DNA of 64,000 nt from positions 46,759 through 110,758 of the forward strand of contig CAVSIP010000002.1 in the NCBI GenBank assembly GCA_963728075.1, given 5' to 3'. Below the pieces are notes generated by a model that saw only the letters and a list, made by a program, of their open reading frames with translations, was not told the DNA's origin and did no database searches. The position numbers were made by a program, and so were the translations under genes. Position 1 is the first letter of the stretch, and every line of letters begins with the position of its first letter. This DNA comes from an uncultured Actinomycetota bacterium. Its GTDB lineage: Bacteria; Actinomycetota; Actinomycetes; JAFAQI01; DASSKL01. Positions 35,002 to 45,937 of the stretch are shown here, one piece after another.

Positions 35002-35197
35002 TCCCGAACGCCTGCGGGGTGAGCTGTCGGGTTCGGGCTGGGAAGGCTGCCCGGCCACCGGCTGGTGGCTTCACCCCAAGGCTCGGCCGGATGGCCGAGC
35101 CGGTGGACCTGTGGGTCCCCCGCTCCCGCCCTGCTCGGTGGGTGGTGCTCGCAGGGCGCGCCGGTGGGGGTGGTCGGAGGGCGGGACTTGGCGGGCC
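35002..35197 (-). ncRNA. c-di-AMP (ydaO/yuaA) riboswitch
   Basis: Minus strand has GGAGCGGGGGACCCA, CCTTGGGGTGAAGCC and CCCGAACCCGACAGCTCACCCCGCAGGCG, just before the NlpC/P60 RBS. Confidence 0.9.
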
Positions 35198-35279
35198 GAC
35201 CCCGGCGCCGGACAGTGCAGAACCCGGGCGGGCCCGGGTTCACGTGATAACAGTACGGTAACGCTCGGCTACTCGTCCA

Positions 35280-36407
35280 TCACTCTGGGAAAACCGGCGC
35301 GTTCCTCCTCTCCGTCGGGCGGACGGCACCGATGAACTCGGTGGCGTAGACCGCCTGGACGCGCACCACGTCCCCCGTGTGCGGCGCCGCGATCATCAGC
35401 CCGCTGCCGATGTACAGCGCGACGTGGTGGATCGTCGCCGGGTCGGCCGGGTCGGTGGCCCAGAACAGCAGGTCCCCTGGCGCGAGCTCGGCCAGGCTCA
35501 CCCGCCGTCCGGCCGACCACTGGTCGGCGGCGACACGCGGCAGAGTGACCCCGGCCTGGGCGTAGGCCCACTGGGTGAGCCCGGAGCAGTCGAAGCTGTC
35601 GGGCCCGGTGGCACCCCACACGTAGGGCGAGCCGAGCCGCGTGCGCGCGGCGGCCACCGCGGCCGCCGCTGTGGCGTTGGGCGCGTCGGTCGGGGCGGCG
35701 GACCAGGTGGCGCGGGCGGCGGCGAGCTGGGCGGCGAAGGCCGCGGCCGCGTGCTGGCGCTCCGCGACGGCTGCCTGGGCGGCCAGCTCACGTACCCGTG
35801 CGTCCGCCGCGGCGAGCAGGGCCTGCTGCTCGGCGAGCGCGTTGCGCACCTCGTCGGCAGCCGCTGCCGCGGCCGCCTGCGCCTTCGTCCGGTCGGCGGC
35901 GAGGGTGGCGAGCCGGGACTCGGCGTCCTCGGCGGCCGAGGCGGCGGCCTGCGCCGCGACGAGCGAGCGGTGGTCGGACCCGACGAGGGAGCGCACGTTG
36001 CGCAGCCGGGCCATCGCGTCGCCCAGGTCTGTGGCGTCGAGCACGGTGGCGAGCAGGGTCACCGAACCGCCGGACATGTACAGCGCCCGGACCCGCCGGT
36101 CGAGCCCGTCCCGCTGGTCGGTGACGTGGGCGCGGGCCTCGTCGAGCTGCCGTTGCGCCAGCAGGTGGCGGGTGACGGCATCCCCGAGCTGCTGCTCCGC
36201 GGCGTCGTAGCGCTGGACGGCCAGCGCCGTACGGGTCTGCAGCGCGTCCACCTGGCGGCGCAGCTGCTCGGCCCGCTGGGCGGGTCCCGACGGGCCGGGG
36301 TCGGCCTGGACCGGGGGCGCGACGGCGAGCCAGCCGACGAGCAGGGCGGTGCCGAGCGCGGCCAGTCGGCCCGTGGTGGTGCCGTGCGAGCGGGTCCGCC
36401 GGGTCAT
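35280..36407 (-). CDS. Coiled-coil NlpC/P60 endopeptidase (RipA/CwlO-like)
   Basis: Signal peptide, coiled coil, PYVWGATGPDSFDCSG, HHVALY. Confidence 0.92.
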   Translation of the reverse strand: MTRRTRSHGTTTGRLAALGTALLVGWLAVAPPVQADPGPSGPAQRAEQLRRQVDALQTRTALAVQRYDAAEQQLGDAVTRHLLAQRQLDEARAHVTDQRDGLDRRVRALYMSGGSVTLLATVLDATDLGDAMARLRNVRSLVGSDHRSLVAAQAAASAAEDAESRLATLAADRTKAQAAAAAAADEVRNALAEQQALLAAADARVRELAAQAAVAERQHAAAAFAAQLAAARATWSAAPTDAPNATAAAAVAAARTRLGSPYVWGATGPDSFDCSGLTQWAYAQAGVTLPRVAADQWSAGRRVSLAELAPGDLLFWATDPADPATIHHVALYIGSGLMIAAPHTGDVVRVQAVYATEFIGAVRPTERRNAPVFPE

Positions 36408-36802
36408 GTCGCCGGCCGCCCCGTACCGGTCTGGGCGACCTCCGCCAGGTGGCGCAGGGGGCCGATGTGGTGGAGCAGCATCGTGGTCGCCTCGCGGATC
36501 ACCGTGACGTGGACGGTGCCGTCCGGGTCGACGACGAACCGGTCGGGCGGGACGAGGTCCAGCGGGTCGCCGACGGCGTCGACCGCCGCCTGGTACGCGG
36601 CTTGCACGTCGTGGGTGGTGTGGAAGGAGGCGGCGCCGGCGACCGCGGCCCGGTCTGCCGCGTCGGCCGCCCGCATGGCGGTGGAGGTCACCGAGATGGC
36701 GTCGAACGCGACGAGGGCGAACAGGGCGAGCACCACCGCCACCCGCATCAGTCCGCTGACCACGATCAGACCGCCGTCAGCGTGCACCCACGATCGCCGC
36801 AC
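36404..36802 (-). CDS. Small membrane-anchored protein (Tad/pilin-like N-terminus)
   Basis: DGG followed by a long hydrophobic helix; ATGA coupling with the NlpC/P60 gene. Confidence 0.6.
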   Translation of the reverse strand: MRRSWVHADGGLIVVSGLMRVAVVLALFALVAFDAISVTSTAMRAADAADRAAVAGAASFHTTHDVQAAYQAAVDAVGDPLDLVPPDRFVVDPDGTVHVTVIREATTMLLHHIGPLRHLAEVAQTGTGRPAT

Positions 36803-36848
36803 GAGTACTAGTTCGGCGGATGGACCAGGGGGACTTGAGCCGTCCGGG

Positions 36849-38456
36849 CTAGCCGAGTCTGGCCCGGACCACCCCGAGCAGCTGGCGCACCTCGGCGACC
36901 CGCAGGCGGTCGGCGAGGTGGATGTAGAGCGGAGCCCCGAGCCCCACCCCGGCCACCAGGCCGACCGCCGCGCCGAGGGGACCGGTTCCCAGCACCGACA
37001 CGAGGGTCTCGGCGGTGCCCCAGGCGACGGCCGTGCCGACCAGCGCGGCGAGGGTGAGCCGTACGTAGGTGCGCAGCACGTGCTGCGGCCGGGACGGCGC
37101 GGCGAGCCGCCGGCGCAGCAGGGTGGTGAACACGGCGCAGCCGACCAGGTAGGAGGCGGAGTAGCCGAGGGCCAGGCCGACGATGCGCGCCTCGCGCCCG
37201 GACAGGGCCAGGTACAGCACCACGTCCACGGCCAGGTTCACCACGTTGACGCCGATGTTGACCAGCGCGGGGGTACGGGTGTCCTGCAGCGCGTAGAACG
37301 CCCGCAGCTGGAACTGGAACACCGAGAACGGCACCAGGCTCACCGCGTAGCCGACGAGCACGACGCCGACGAAGCGGGCCGAGTCGACGTCGAGGCGGAC
37401 GTGAGCGAACACGACGGTGGCCACGAGCGGTCCCAGCGCCATGAGCAGCAGCTGTGCGGGGACCATGAGCACCCCCGCGAGCCGCAGCCCGCCGGCGAGG
37501 TCGGCGCTCACGTCGTCCAGCCGGTCCTCGCTCGCCGCCCGGCTCATCCGCGGCAGCATCGCCGTGATCACCGAGACGGCGACGATCGCGTACGGCAGTG
37601 ACACGAGCAGGAACGCGTACGTGTACGCCGAGAAGCCGAAGTGCGGGTAGGCGCGGGTCGCCAGCTTGGAGATGCCGACGAAGCCGACCTGGTTGACCAG
37701 CACGTAGAGGAACACCCAGCCGCCGAGCCGCCCGGCATGGCGCAGGCCCATGCCCCGCAGATCCGTGCGCAGCCGGAACCGGAACCCGGTCCGGCGCAGC
37801 GCCGGGAGCAGCGCCACCGACTGCACGACGATGCCCGCCGTCGTCCCGGCGGCGAGCAGCAGCGTGTCGCCACGGGGCAGGTGGCCCGGCTGCACCTGCC
37901 CGTGGGTCACCGTGATGAACAGCAGCCCGGTGGCGATGACCACGAGGTTGTTGAGGATCGGGGTCCACATGGGCGGTGCGAAGCTGCCGCGCACGTTGAG
38001 GATCGCCCCGACGAGCGCGCCGACGCCGTAGAAGAGGATCTGCGGCAGGAAGAACCGGGCGAAGGTGGTGCCCAGCTCGGCTTCGGCGCCGGTCAGGCCG
38101 TACGCACGGACGATCAACGGTGCCGCAGCGACCGCGAGCGCGGACGCGAGGGTCAGTGCCGCCACGGTGAGGGTGAGCAGCCGCTGGGAGTAGGCCTCGC
38201 CGTCGTCCCCGTCCCGCCGGGCCGCCTGGACGATGAGCGGCACGACGACGCTGGTGAGGACACCGCCGAGCAGCAGCTCGTAGATGATGTTGGGGACGGT
38301 GTTCGCGACGTTGTAGGCGTCCGCGATCGTGTCGCCGAGAGCCGCCGCGATCACCGCCGTGCGCAGGAACCCGGTTCCGCGGGAGAGCGCCGTGCCCACA
38401 GCCATCGCCCCGCCTGAGCGGACCACGCCGCGCAGGCCCCCCTGGTCCTCGCTCAC
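36849..38456 (-). CDS. murJ: Lipid II flippase MurJ
   Basis: SRGTGFLR, YNVANTVPN, FYALQDTRTP. Confidence 0.95.
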   Translation of the reverse strand: MSEDQGGLRGVVRSGGAMAVGTALSRGTGFLRTAVIAAALGDTIADAYNVANTVPNIIYELLLGGVLTSVVVPLIVQAARRDGDDGEAYSQRLLTLTVAALTLASALAVAAAPLIVRAYGLTGAEAELGTTFARFFLPQILFYGVGALVGAILNVRGSFAPPMWTPILNNLVVIATGLLFITVTHGQVQPGHLPRGDTLLLAAGTTAGIVVQSVALLPALRRTGFRFRLRTDLRGMGLRHAGRLGGWVFLYVLVNQVGFVGISKLATRAYPHFGFSAYTYAFLLVSLPYAIVAVSVITAMLPRMSRAASEDRLDDVSADLAGGLRLAGVLMVPAQLLLMALGPLVATVVFAHVRLDVDSARFVGVVLVGYAVSLVPFSVFQFQLRAFYALQDTRTPALVNIGVNVVNLAVDVVLYLALSGREARIVGLALGYSASYLVGCAVFTTLLRRRLAAPSRPQHVLRTYVRLTLAALVGTAVAWGTAETLVSVLGTGPLGAAVGLVAGVGLGAPLYIHLADRLRVAEVRQLLGVVRARLG

Positions 38457-40657
38457 GACGCGCGGCTCCGGTGCGCGCGCAGGGCCCGGCGGGTCAGTCG
38501 GACCGCGACGGCGATGAGCAGGACGGCGAACGCGCCACCCGTGATGCCCAGGGCGAGGGTGCCGTAGGCGGTCGGCCGGACGAAGATGGTGTTGGTCGCG
38601 CCGTACCGCCGGGGTGGGGAGGTGGGGGTGAACAGCGTGACCTGGGCCCGGAACACCCCGGAGGTCCGGGCCTCCATGTGCACCTGCAGCTGGCTGAACT
38701 GCCCGGCCGGCAGCACGCGTGGCCGGTCCGCGAGCCCGACGACCCGGGCATGGCCGCCGGCATCGACGCGCAGCAGCACCTGCACAGGCTGGTCGAGCTG
38801 GTTGGCGACGGTGATGGGCACCGCTCCGCTCTTGCTCGTCAGCGTCACCAGCCCGGTGGTGAGCACCCGGACCTTGCTGCGGGCGTCGTCCACCGCCTGG
38901 GCCACCGCCGTGCGCAGCGTGCGGGCCGCGGTGAGGTGGTCGCGCCACGCGGAGGACTCCATCCGCAAGCCCGCCAGGTAGAGCTCGCGGGCCAGGGCGG
39001 TCTTCGTCGAGGTCAGGATCGACTCGAACTCGTCCGTCCGCTGGCGGATGCCCTGCACGACCCGCAGGTAGTCACCGGGCAGCTCGGCGTCCTTGCTCGC
39101 CGACGGGTAGGTGAGCTCCGCGCGGGGTGCCTCGTCCGCAGGGTGCGCCCGGATGTCGTCCACGGTCGTCGGCTGCAGCCAGGGCGCGCGCGCCGTGTCG
39201 TTGAGCAGTGCCCTGGCGAAGCCGGCCGACGGCGACCAGCGGCGCTCGGGTGCGACCACGACGGAGCGCTGCCGGCTGGGCAGCTCCTCGGTGATGAGCA
39301 GCGTCTCGGCCAGGAAGCGCTGCTCGGCCCAGCGTTCGGAGCTCGGGTGCTTCGCGCCCATGGTCACCAGGTCGCTGAGGGCGGTGTCGGTGAGCACGAC
39401 CTTCTCGCTGCCGCCGAGGAGCCGGATGTTCGTGCGCGCGTCCGGCGTGTAGAACACCTCGGAGTCGACCGGCAGGGCGGTGTCGCGCAGCAGCACGGTG
39501 GTGACGTTGCCGGCGAACAGCGTGCGGACCGTGTCCAGCGTGGCCTGCCCGTCCGGCGGCCAGGTCGTCGAGGTGGGGATGGGCCGGTGCAGCACGTCCC
39601 CGGCGAGGGCTGCTCCCGACGCGATGGCGGCCTCCACGTCACCCGACATCCCGGCGCGGGTCAGGGCGTCGACGTCCACGTCCGCGTACGGCAGCGCCAC
39701 CACGTCGGCGCCGTGCACGGCCGCCCGCAGCGCCGCGAGGAAGTCCGCGGCGGTGGCGCCGTCGACGGCGCGGCCCTCCCCGCTCGTGCCCACCCGGTAG
39801 CCGGCGGCCATGAGCGAGACGTCCTGGACGAGCAGCGGGTCGATGGCCCAGCTCACGTTCACCGGGTGCACCGCCGGTGCCGGTGCCCGGGGGGCCGGCT
39901 GCTGGGGTGTCGATCCGGGCTGCGCCGGTGTCGGGGAGGGCGTCGCAGGAGGGGCGGGCGGTGGTGGCGGGGTCGCGGCGGCCGCAGCGACGTCGACGAG
40001 CCGGCGCAGCCGTCCGTCGCCGGCCAGCTCGGGCGCAAGGCGGTCGTCGCGGAAGGTCGTCGAGGCGGCCCGGTGCGGCACGTCCACGACGGGCCAGACC
40101 CAGGCCAGCCGGGTGGGCGCGGCGATGCTACCGGCAGGTGCCCACGGCAGGAAGGTGCGCAGCCGACCCACGACGTCGTAGCCGGAGCGCTCGGTCGAGC
40201 CGCGCACGTCCACGCCGAACCCGTAGATCGCCGGCGCTGCGCCCAGGGAGAGATCGTCCACGGGGACGGACAGGGTGAGCTCGTGCTGCCCGCCCGGCGC
40301 CAAGGGCGCGTCCAGCTGCCTGATGCTGCCCTGGATCCGGTAGCCGATGTAGCCCTCGGCGTTGGTCGCGTACGCGGCCAGCTCGCTGCGGTTGGTGATC
40401 CGGCCGCCCTTGTCCAGCGCGACGCTCACGTTCTCCACCGTCTGGTCGCCGCGGTTGGTCAGCCGCACTGCCACGTCGACGGTGTCGTGCGGCGCCGGAA
40501 AGCGCGGGCCCAGCGCGAGCAGGGTGACCTGGACCGGCAGCGTGTCGGACCCCTGGGCGAGTGCCGGGCGCGGCAGGGCGGCCACACCGACGAGGGCCTG
40601 CCCGAGCACCACCAGCACCGCCACGGCGGCGCGCCGAACGCGCGCCGCCTGGCTCAT
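38453..40657 (-). CDS. DUF6049-family secreted/membrane protein
   Basis: Signal peptide, RTFLPW, LPYADVD, QRFLAET, C-terminal TM; syntenic with murJ. Confidence 0.85.
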   Translation of the reverse strand: MSQAARVRRAAVAVLVVLGQALVGVAALPRPALAQGSDTLPVQVTLLALGPRFPAPHDTVDVAVRLTNRGDQTVENVSVALDKGGRITNRSELAAYATNAEGYIGYRIQGSIRQLDAPLAPGGQHELTLSVPVDDLSLGAAPAIYGFGVDVRGSTERSGYDVVGRLRTFLPWAPAGSIAAPTRLAWVWPVVDVPHRAASTTFRDDRLAPELAGDGRLRRLVDVAAAAATPPPPPAPPATPSPTPAQPGSTPQQPAPRAPAPAVHPVNVSWAIDPLLVQDVSLMAAGYRVGTSGEGRAVDGATAADFLAALRAAVHGADVVALPYADVDVDALTRAGMSGDVEAAIASGAALAGDVLHRPIPTSTTWPPDGQATLDTVRTLFAGNVTTVLLRDTALPVDSEVFYTPDARTNIRLLGGSEKVVLTDTALSDLVTMGAKHPSSERWAEQRFLAETLLITEELPSRQRSVVVAPERRWSPSAGFARALLNDTARAPWLQPTTVDDIRAHPADEAPRAELTYPSASKDAELPGDYLRVVQGIRQRTDEFESILTSTKTALARELYLAGLRMESSAWRDHLTAARTLRTAVAQAVDDARSKVRVLTTGLVTLTSKSGAVPITVANQLDQPVQVLLRVDAGGHARVVGLADRPRVLPAGQFSQLQVHMEARTSGVFRAQVTLFTPTSPPRRYGATNTIFVRPTAYGTLALGITGGAFAVLLIAVAVRLTRRALRAHRSRAS

Positions 40658-41118
40658 GCCGAGTCCGCGAGCAGCTCGTGAACCTTCTCGATGAGCCGGC
40701 GCTCGTCGGCGTACGCCAGCCGGCCGGCGACCTGCGGCAGCGGGACCCACGCGACCTCGGTGACCTCGACGTCCTCGTCGGACAGCTCGCCGCCCTCGGC
40801 GACGAGCAGGAAGTGATGGACGGTCTTGTGGATGCGTCGCTCGTCGGCGACGAACCAGAAGTCGATGGTGCCGAGCGGCGCGATCACCCGGCCGCGGATC
40901 CCGGTCTCCTCGGCCACCTCGCGTACGGCGGTGTCCTCCGGTGTCTCGCCGGCCTCGACATGGCCCTTCGGCAACGACCACAGCAGCCGCCCGCGACGGT
41001 CCAGCCGGCCGATCAGCGCCCCGCGGGCCTCGCCGCCGTTGCGGTCGATGACCAGCCCCCCGGCCGAGGTCTCCTCGACGCGGCGCAGGCGCCGGCGAGG
41101 ACGCTTGGGGGCGGGCAT
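40654..41118 (-). CDS. NUDIX hydrolase (MutT4-like)
   Basis: [27 protein letters not shown]. Confidence 0.93.
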   Translation of the reverse strand: MPAPKRPRRRLRRVEETSAGGLVIDRNGGEARGALIGRLDRRGRLLWSLPKGHVEAGETPEDTAVREVAEETGIRGRVIAPLGTIDFWFVADERRIHKTVHHFLLVAEGGELSDEDVEVTEVAWVPLPQVAGRLAYADERRLIEKVHELLADSA

Positions 41119-41167
41119 GGCCCGATCGTAATGCGACTCCAGTGGCCGGCTCCCGGCCGCGACACCC

Positions 41168-41665
41168 CTAGCGAGGGGTGAGCAGGCGGGTCGGCTCGTG
41201 GGCCGTGAGGTCGGCGAGCCGGGCCCGGGACTCGCGGACCAGCAGACCGCTGTCGATGCCCAGGGCGGTGCCGCTCTCCCCGGTCGCCGTGTACACGACC
41301 GGCTCGTCGAGCAGGGCCACGTCAGCGATGACGACGATGTCCTCCGGCAGGAGGAACGGCGAGACGAGCCCGGCCGCGTAGTCGGTCCGGCGGCTGACCA
41401 GCTCCGGGGCCGGTACGGCGAGCACGCGGGTCTCGGCCACCCGCATGAGGGCGGCCACGTCGGGTTGCCCCCCGGCGGGCACCACGGCGGCCGTGAGCCG
41501 GTCGTGCTCACCGAGGAAGATGCGGACGACGGCACACCGCCCGGCCGGCAGGCCCGCGACGTCCGGCAGGTCGTCCGCGCGGGTCAGGGGGCGGGGCAGG
41601 CGCACCACCTCGTGGGCGACGCTTCGAGCGAGCAGATCCTGGTGGATGTCGAGCGCGGTCTTCAC
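41168..41665 (-). CDS. YbaK/EbsC aminoacyl-tRNA editing-like protein
   Basis: [25 protein letters not shown]. Confidence 0.7.
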   Translation of the reverse strand: MKTALDIHQDLLARSVAHEVVRLPRPLTRADDLPDVAGLPAGRCAVVRIFLGEHDRLTAAVVPAGGQPDVAALMRVAETRVLAVPAPELVSRRTDYAAGLVSPFLLPEDIVVIADVALLDEPVVYTATGESGTALGIDSGLLVRESRARLADLTAHEPTRLLTPR

Positions 41666-41753
41666 AGCGCCTCCACGTCGGTCGGCCCCCCGGTGTCAGG
41701 ACCGTAACTCGTGACCGGCGCGGTGAGAAGAGGCCGCGGCCGCCGCCGTACGC

Positions 41754-43247
41754 TTGACCCCCGTGTCTCCCGCCCGCTCCGAGCCTCGCGTGCCCGGCGA
41801 GTCGCTGTCCGCCGCGCAGCGCCGCGCCGTGGCGCAGCTGTTGCGGGTGGCTCCGGTCGCGGACGACCTGGGTCGGCGGTTCGCCGCGGCCGGCCACGCG
41901 CTGCACCTCGTGGGGGGCTCCGTGCGAGACGCCTTCCTCGGCCGCCTCGGTGACGACCTCGACTTCGCCACCGACGCCCGCCCGGAACAGGTCCTGCGGC
42001 TGGCGCGCGGCTGGGCGGACGCCGTGTGGGAGACCGGCGTCGCGTTCGGCACGGTGGGCCTGCAGAAGGCGGACTACCGGCTCGAGGTGACGACATACCG
42101 CAGTGACACCTACGACCGCACCTCGCGCAAGCCCGAGGTGAGCTACGGCGACACCCTCGACGGCGACCTCGCCCGCCGCGACTTCACCGTCAACGCCATG
42201 GCGGTGCGCGTGCCGGTGACCGGCGCACCGGAGTTCGCCGACCCGTTCGGCGGGCTCGCCGACCTCGCCGCACAGGTGCTGCGCACACCCGGGACCCCGC
42301 ACGCCAGCTTCGACGACGACCCGCTGCGGATGCTGCGCGCCGCCCGGTTCCGGTCCCAGCTGGGCTTCACGGTCGCACCCGAGGTGCTGGCTGCGATGCG
42401 CGAGATGGCCGACCGGCTCGAGATCGTCAGCGCCGAGCGGGTGCGCGAGGAGCTGTCCAAGCTCGTCTGCGGCCGTTTCCCCCGCCTCGGCCTGGAGACC
42501 CTCGCCGACAGCGGGCTGGCCGACCACGTCCTGCCCGAGCTGCCCCGCCTGCGCCTCGAGGTGGACGAGCACGCCCACCACAAGGACGTGTACGCGCACA
42601 CCCTGCAGGTGCTCGAGCAGGCGATCGCCCTGGAGCCCGACGGGCCGGACCTCGTGCTGCGCCTGGCTGCACTGCTGCACGACATCGGCAAGCCCAAGAC
42701 CCGCTCCGTCGGCCCCGGCGGCAAGGTCTCCTTCCACCACCACGAGGTGGTCGGGGCGCACATGACCCGCTCCCGGCTGCAGGCACTGCGCTACCCACGG
42801 GACGTCGTCGAGGACGTCAGCCGGCTGGTGGAGCTGCACCTGCGCTTCCACGGCTACGCGGACAGCGACTGGACCGACGCCGCCGTGCGTCGCTACGTCC
42901 GCGACGCCGGCCCGTTGCTCGACCGGCTGCACCGGCTGGTCCGCTCGGACTGCACCACCCGCAACCGGCGCAAGGCCGCTGCGCTCGCCGCGGCGTACGA
43001 CGACCTGGAGCGGCGGATCGCCGTGCTGCGGGAGCAGGAGGAGCTCGACCGCATCCGGCCGGACCTCGACGGTCACGAGATCAAGCGGGTCCTCGGCATC
43101 GCGGCCGGTCCGCTGGTGGGGGAGGCCTGGCGGCACCTGCTCGAGGTGCGGCTGGAGCAGGGGCCGATGCAGCCGGACGCGGCCCGTGCCGAGCTGCGCC
43201 GCTGGGCCCGCGAGCGCGGGCTGGACGTGGCCGAACCCGCGGACTAG
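41754..43247 (+). CDS. cca: CCA tRNA nucleotidyltransferase with HD domain
   Basis: VGGSVRD, DLDFAT, RRDFTVNA, DDPLRMLR, LLHDIGK. Confidence 0.95.
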   Translation: MTPVSPARSEPRVPGESLSAAQRRAVAQLLRVAPVADDLGRRFAAAGHALHLVGGSVRDAFLGRLGDDLDFATDARPEQVLRLARGWADAVWETGVAFGTVGLQKADYRLEVTTYRSDTYDRTSRKPEVSYGDTLDGDLARRDFTVNAMAVRVPVTGAPEFADPFGGLADLAAQVLRTPGTPHASFDDDPLRMLRAARFRSQLGFTVAPEVLAAMREMADRLEIVSAERVREELSKLVCGRFPRLGLETLADSGLADHVLPELPRLRLEVDEHAHHKDVYAHTLQVLEQAIALEPDGPDLVLRLAALLHDIGKPKTRSVGPGGKVSFHHHEVVGAHMTRSRLQALRYPRDVVEDVSRLVELHLRFHGYADSDWTDAAVRRYVRDAGPLLDRLHRLVRSDCTTRNRRKAAALAAAYDDLERRIAVLREQEELDRIRPDLDGHEIKRVLGIAAGPLVGEAWRHLLEVRLEQGPMQPDAARAELRRWARERGLDVAEPAD

Positions 43248-43259
43248 CCCCAACGAGCC

Positions 43260-44495
43260 ATGGCCTCGGGGAGAAATCCTCTCGATTATGGCCCGGTGGT
43301 GCATCCGGCCCAATCCGGACGGCGGCGAGCGTACGCCGCCGTGAGCGCTGCGCTGCTCCTGTCCGGCGGGCTGGCCGTCGGCCTGGGCTGGTCCGGCACG
43401 TCCGGTCCACCGGCGACCGTCACCGTCGTGGCCGCGGCGGTCGACGCCAGCGTCACCCGTACCGACGGCTCCGTGGAGCGGGCTCGGCCGGGGCTGCGGC
43501 TGCGAGCCGGGGACATCGTGCGGACGCCGGCCACCGGCTCGGCGCGCCTGCGGACCGGTGGGAGGGTCGTCTGGCTGGTTGCGCAGTCGTCCCTGCAGGT
43601 GCGCGGCCCGGGGCGTGAGGAGCTGCGTACGGGGGGTGTCGTCGTCGACGCCCGCCGCGGTGCCGCCCTGCAGGTGGTCGCGGGCGAGATGACCGTCGCC
43701 GTGCCGCGTGCCTCCGTGACCCGGGTCGAGCGGGGCTTCACCGTGCGGGTCGGCGCCCTCGAGGGGCCCGCCCGGGTCCTCAGCGCCTCCGGCCGCAGCG
43801 CGGGCCTGGCACCCCTGCACCAGCTCTTCGCGAGCGGCCCGGCACTGGCCGCCCGCGCGGGCACGCCGCTCCAGCTGCTCGACGACGCCGCCGAGCGCGG
43901 GACCGGGCTGTCCGTCGTGGCCGACGACCTCGCCCTGCGGGCCTGGGCGACGGGCTCCGGCTCCGCCGGTGTCCGGGCTGCTGCAGCGGCGCTCCGGTAC
44001 GCCGGGACGGCACCTGCGTGCTCCGGCGGGCAGGGGTCGGTGGCCGACCCGGCCCTGCCCGTGGCGCTGGCGCGCGTCGCCGCCGGCGGCACGTTCGGCG
44101 ACCGCTACCACCGAGCGGTCTGCTACCGCCTGGAGGGCGGCTCGTGGGGGGTCGTCGCCCACCTGCTCGGCACGCGAGCCGCCCCGGTCCTGGCGGAGCT
44201 GCGTGCACTGGGCGGGACGGTGCTCGCCGCCGGGCCCGGGGGCGCACCCGCACCGCACGCCGAGGAGCCGGCTCCCCCGGCGGACGCGCCTGCGCCGACG
44301 AACGCCGGCAGGCCGGCCGACCCGGCCCCGCCCGCGCGGGCGCCCGACCAGCCGGGTGATCCGCAGCAGCCCGGTGACCCCGCGCCTCCCGGTGACCAGG
44401 GACAGCCCGACGAGCTCGTCACCGTCGTCCAGCGCACGGTCGACCAGCTGGTGCCGCACCTGTCGGTCGACCTGTTGCCGGACGGGGCCGGCTGA
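43260..44495 (+). CDS. Membrane-anchored protein with FecR-like beta domain and Pro-rich tail
   Basis: TM segment, then LRAGDIVRT...SARL; PGDP repeats. Confidence 0.6.
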   Translation: MASGRNPLDYGPVVHPAQSGRRRAYAAVSAALLLSGGLAVGLGWSGTSGPPATVTVVAAAVDASVTRTDGSVERARPGLRLRAGDIVRTPATGSARLRTGGRVVWLVAQSSLQVRGPGREELRTGGVVVDARRGAALQVVAGEMTVAVPRASVTRVERGFTVRVGALEGPARVLSASGRSAGLAPLHQLFASGPALAARAGTPLQLLDDAAERGTGLSVVADDLALRAWATGSGSAGVRAAAAALRYAGTAPACSGGQGSVADPALPVALARVAAGGTFGDRYHRAVCYRLEGGSWGVVAHLLGTRAAPVLAELRALGGTVLAAGPGGAPAPHAEEPAPPADAPAPTNAGRPADPAPPARAPDQPGDPQQPGDPAPPGDQGQPDELVTVVQRTVDQLVPHLSVDLLPDGAG

Positions 44496-44498
44496 CGG

Positions 44499-45851
44499 TC
44501 AGGACCCGGGGCCGGCCAGGGCGGGACGCGGCCCGGCCTCGTGCAGCCGGTCGGGCACCGTGCCGTACCGGTGGACGGCGAGCGCGTACAGCGCGGCAGC
44601 GAGCAGGTAGCCGACCGCGATGCCGACCAGGACCGGGTAGCTCTTGCCGCTGGGCGGGAGGGCGAAGGCGGCCGTCGTCGCCGCGGCGACGAACGTGAGG
44701 TTGAACAGCGTGTCGTAGAAGCTGAAGACCCGGCCGCGGAAGTCGTCGTCCACGACCTCCTGCACGATCGTGTCGACACAGATCTTCGACCCCTGCGAGG
44801 CCAGCCCGAACACGAAGGAGGCGGCGAGCAGCGGCGCCTTGGCGTACGGGGCACCGAGGGCGATGTCCGCGACCCCGGCGAGCACCAGTACCCCGACGAT
44901 CTCCTGTTCCTTGCCGATGCGTGTGGTCACCGCAGGCGTCAGGACGGCGGCCGCGAGGATGCCGGCGAACGCGGCCGTCGAGGCCTCCGCGAGACCGCCC
45001 ACACCGGCGAGCAGCCAGCCCTCGGAGGAGAAGTAGTTCCGGTAGAGCAGCAGCGTCGCGACGAGCGAGACCCCGTAGCAGAACCGGTGCAGGCCGATGA
45101 CGAGCAGGGCCGCGGCTGCGGGCGCGCGCCCGGCGACGTGCCGCGCACCGTCCGCCAGCCCGACCGCGACGTCGACGAGAGCGCGCCGCAGGGTCGTCCG
45201 GGGCAGCGCGCCGGGGCCGAGCTGGTCGCGGCCGAGGCGGCCGGCGGCGGCCGACGCCAGGAGGTAGCCGGCGGCGCTGCACAGCGCGACGACGGCGCTA
45301 CCGCCGTCCCCCGTACCGGCGGCGGCCCGGATACCGAGCCCGAGCGCCCCGCCGAGCAGGGCGACCAGCGTGCCCGACGTCGTGGCGATGCTGTTCGCAG
45401 TCACGAGCTCTTCACGCTTCACGACGTGAGGCAGTGCGGCCGACAGCGCGGCCAGGTAGAAGCGGTTGACGCTGATCGCGGCGAGCGCGGCGGCGAAGAA
45501 CGCGGGGCTGGTTCCGCCGACCCCGAACAGCAGCCCCGCGACGGTGACGACGAAGACCGCTCGCACGGCGTTGGCCCAGACGAGCACCCGCTGGCGGCGC
45601 CAGCGGTCGAGGAACACCCCCGCGAAGGGGCCCACCACGCTGTAGGGCAGCAGCAGGACCGCGAAGCCGCCGGCGATCGCGGCCGGGTCGGTCTGCCGCT
45701 CCGGGTTGAACAGCACGGCGGCGGCCAGGCTCGCCTGGAAGACGCCGTCGGCGGTCTGGGACGCCAGCCGGGTGGCGTAGAGCCGGGCGAACCCGCGGTT
45801 GCGCAGCAGCCGCCGGAGGTCGGAGGCGCCACGGACGTCGTCCAGGCCCAC
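44499..45851 (-). CDS. MFS transporter
   Basis: About 12 TM segments, GVFLDRWRR, FRGRVFS. Confidence 0.92.
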   Translation of the reverse strand: MGLDDVRGASDLRRLLRNRGFARLYATRLASQTADGVFQASLAAAVLFNPERQTDPAAIAGGFAVLLLPYSVVGPFAGVFLDRWRRQRVLVWANAVRAVFVVTVAGLLFGVGGTSPAFFAAALAAISVNRFYLAALSAALPHVVKREELVTANSIATTSGTLVALLGGALGLGIRAAAGTGDGGSAVVALCSAAGYLLASAAAGRLGRDQLGPGALPRTTLRRALVDVAVGLADGARHVAGRAPAAAALLVIGLHRFCYGVSLVATLLLYRNYFSSEGWLLAGVGGLAEASTAAFAGILAAAVLTPAVTTRIGKEQEIVGVLVLAGVADIALGAPYAKAPLLAASFVFGLASQGSKICVDTIVQEVVDDDFRGRVFSFYDTLFNLTFVAAATTAAFALPPSGKSYPVLVGIAVGYLLAAALYALAVHRYGTVPDRLHEAGPRPALAGPGS

Positions 45852-45937
45852 GCGGTCGAGGGTAGGTCCGAACGCGCGCAGCGGGCCGGTGCTCGTGGCA
45901 ACCGGCCCGCTGCGCGGTCAGCGGAGCGAGGTGGCGC

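Noticed and set aside
35237-35251. parS-like GGTTCACGTGATAA
   Set aside because: Three mismatches to parS; more likely part of the riboswitch promoter region
41508-44459. 983-aa and other long antisense ORFs throughout the window
   Set aside because: Shadow ORFs typical of very high GC DNA, opposite well-supported genes
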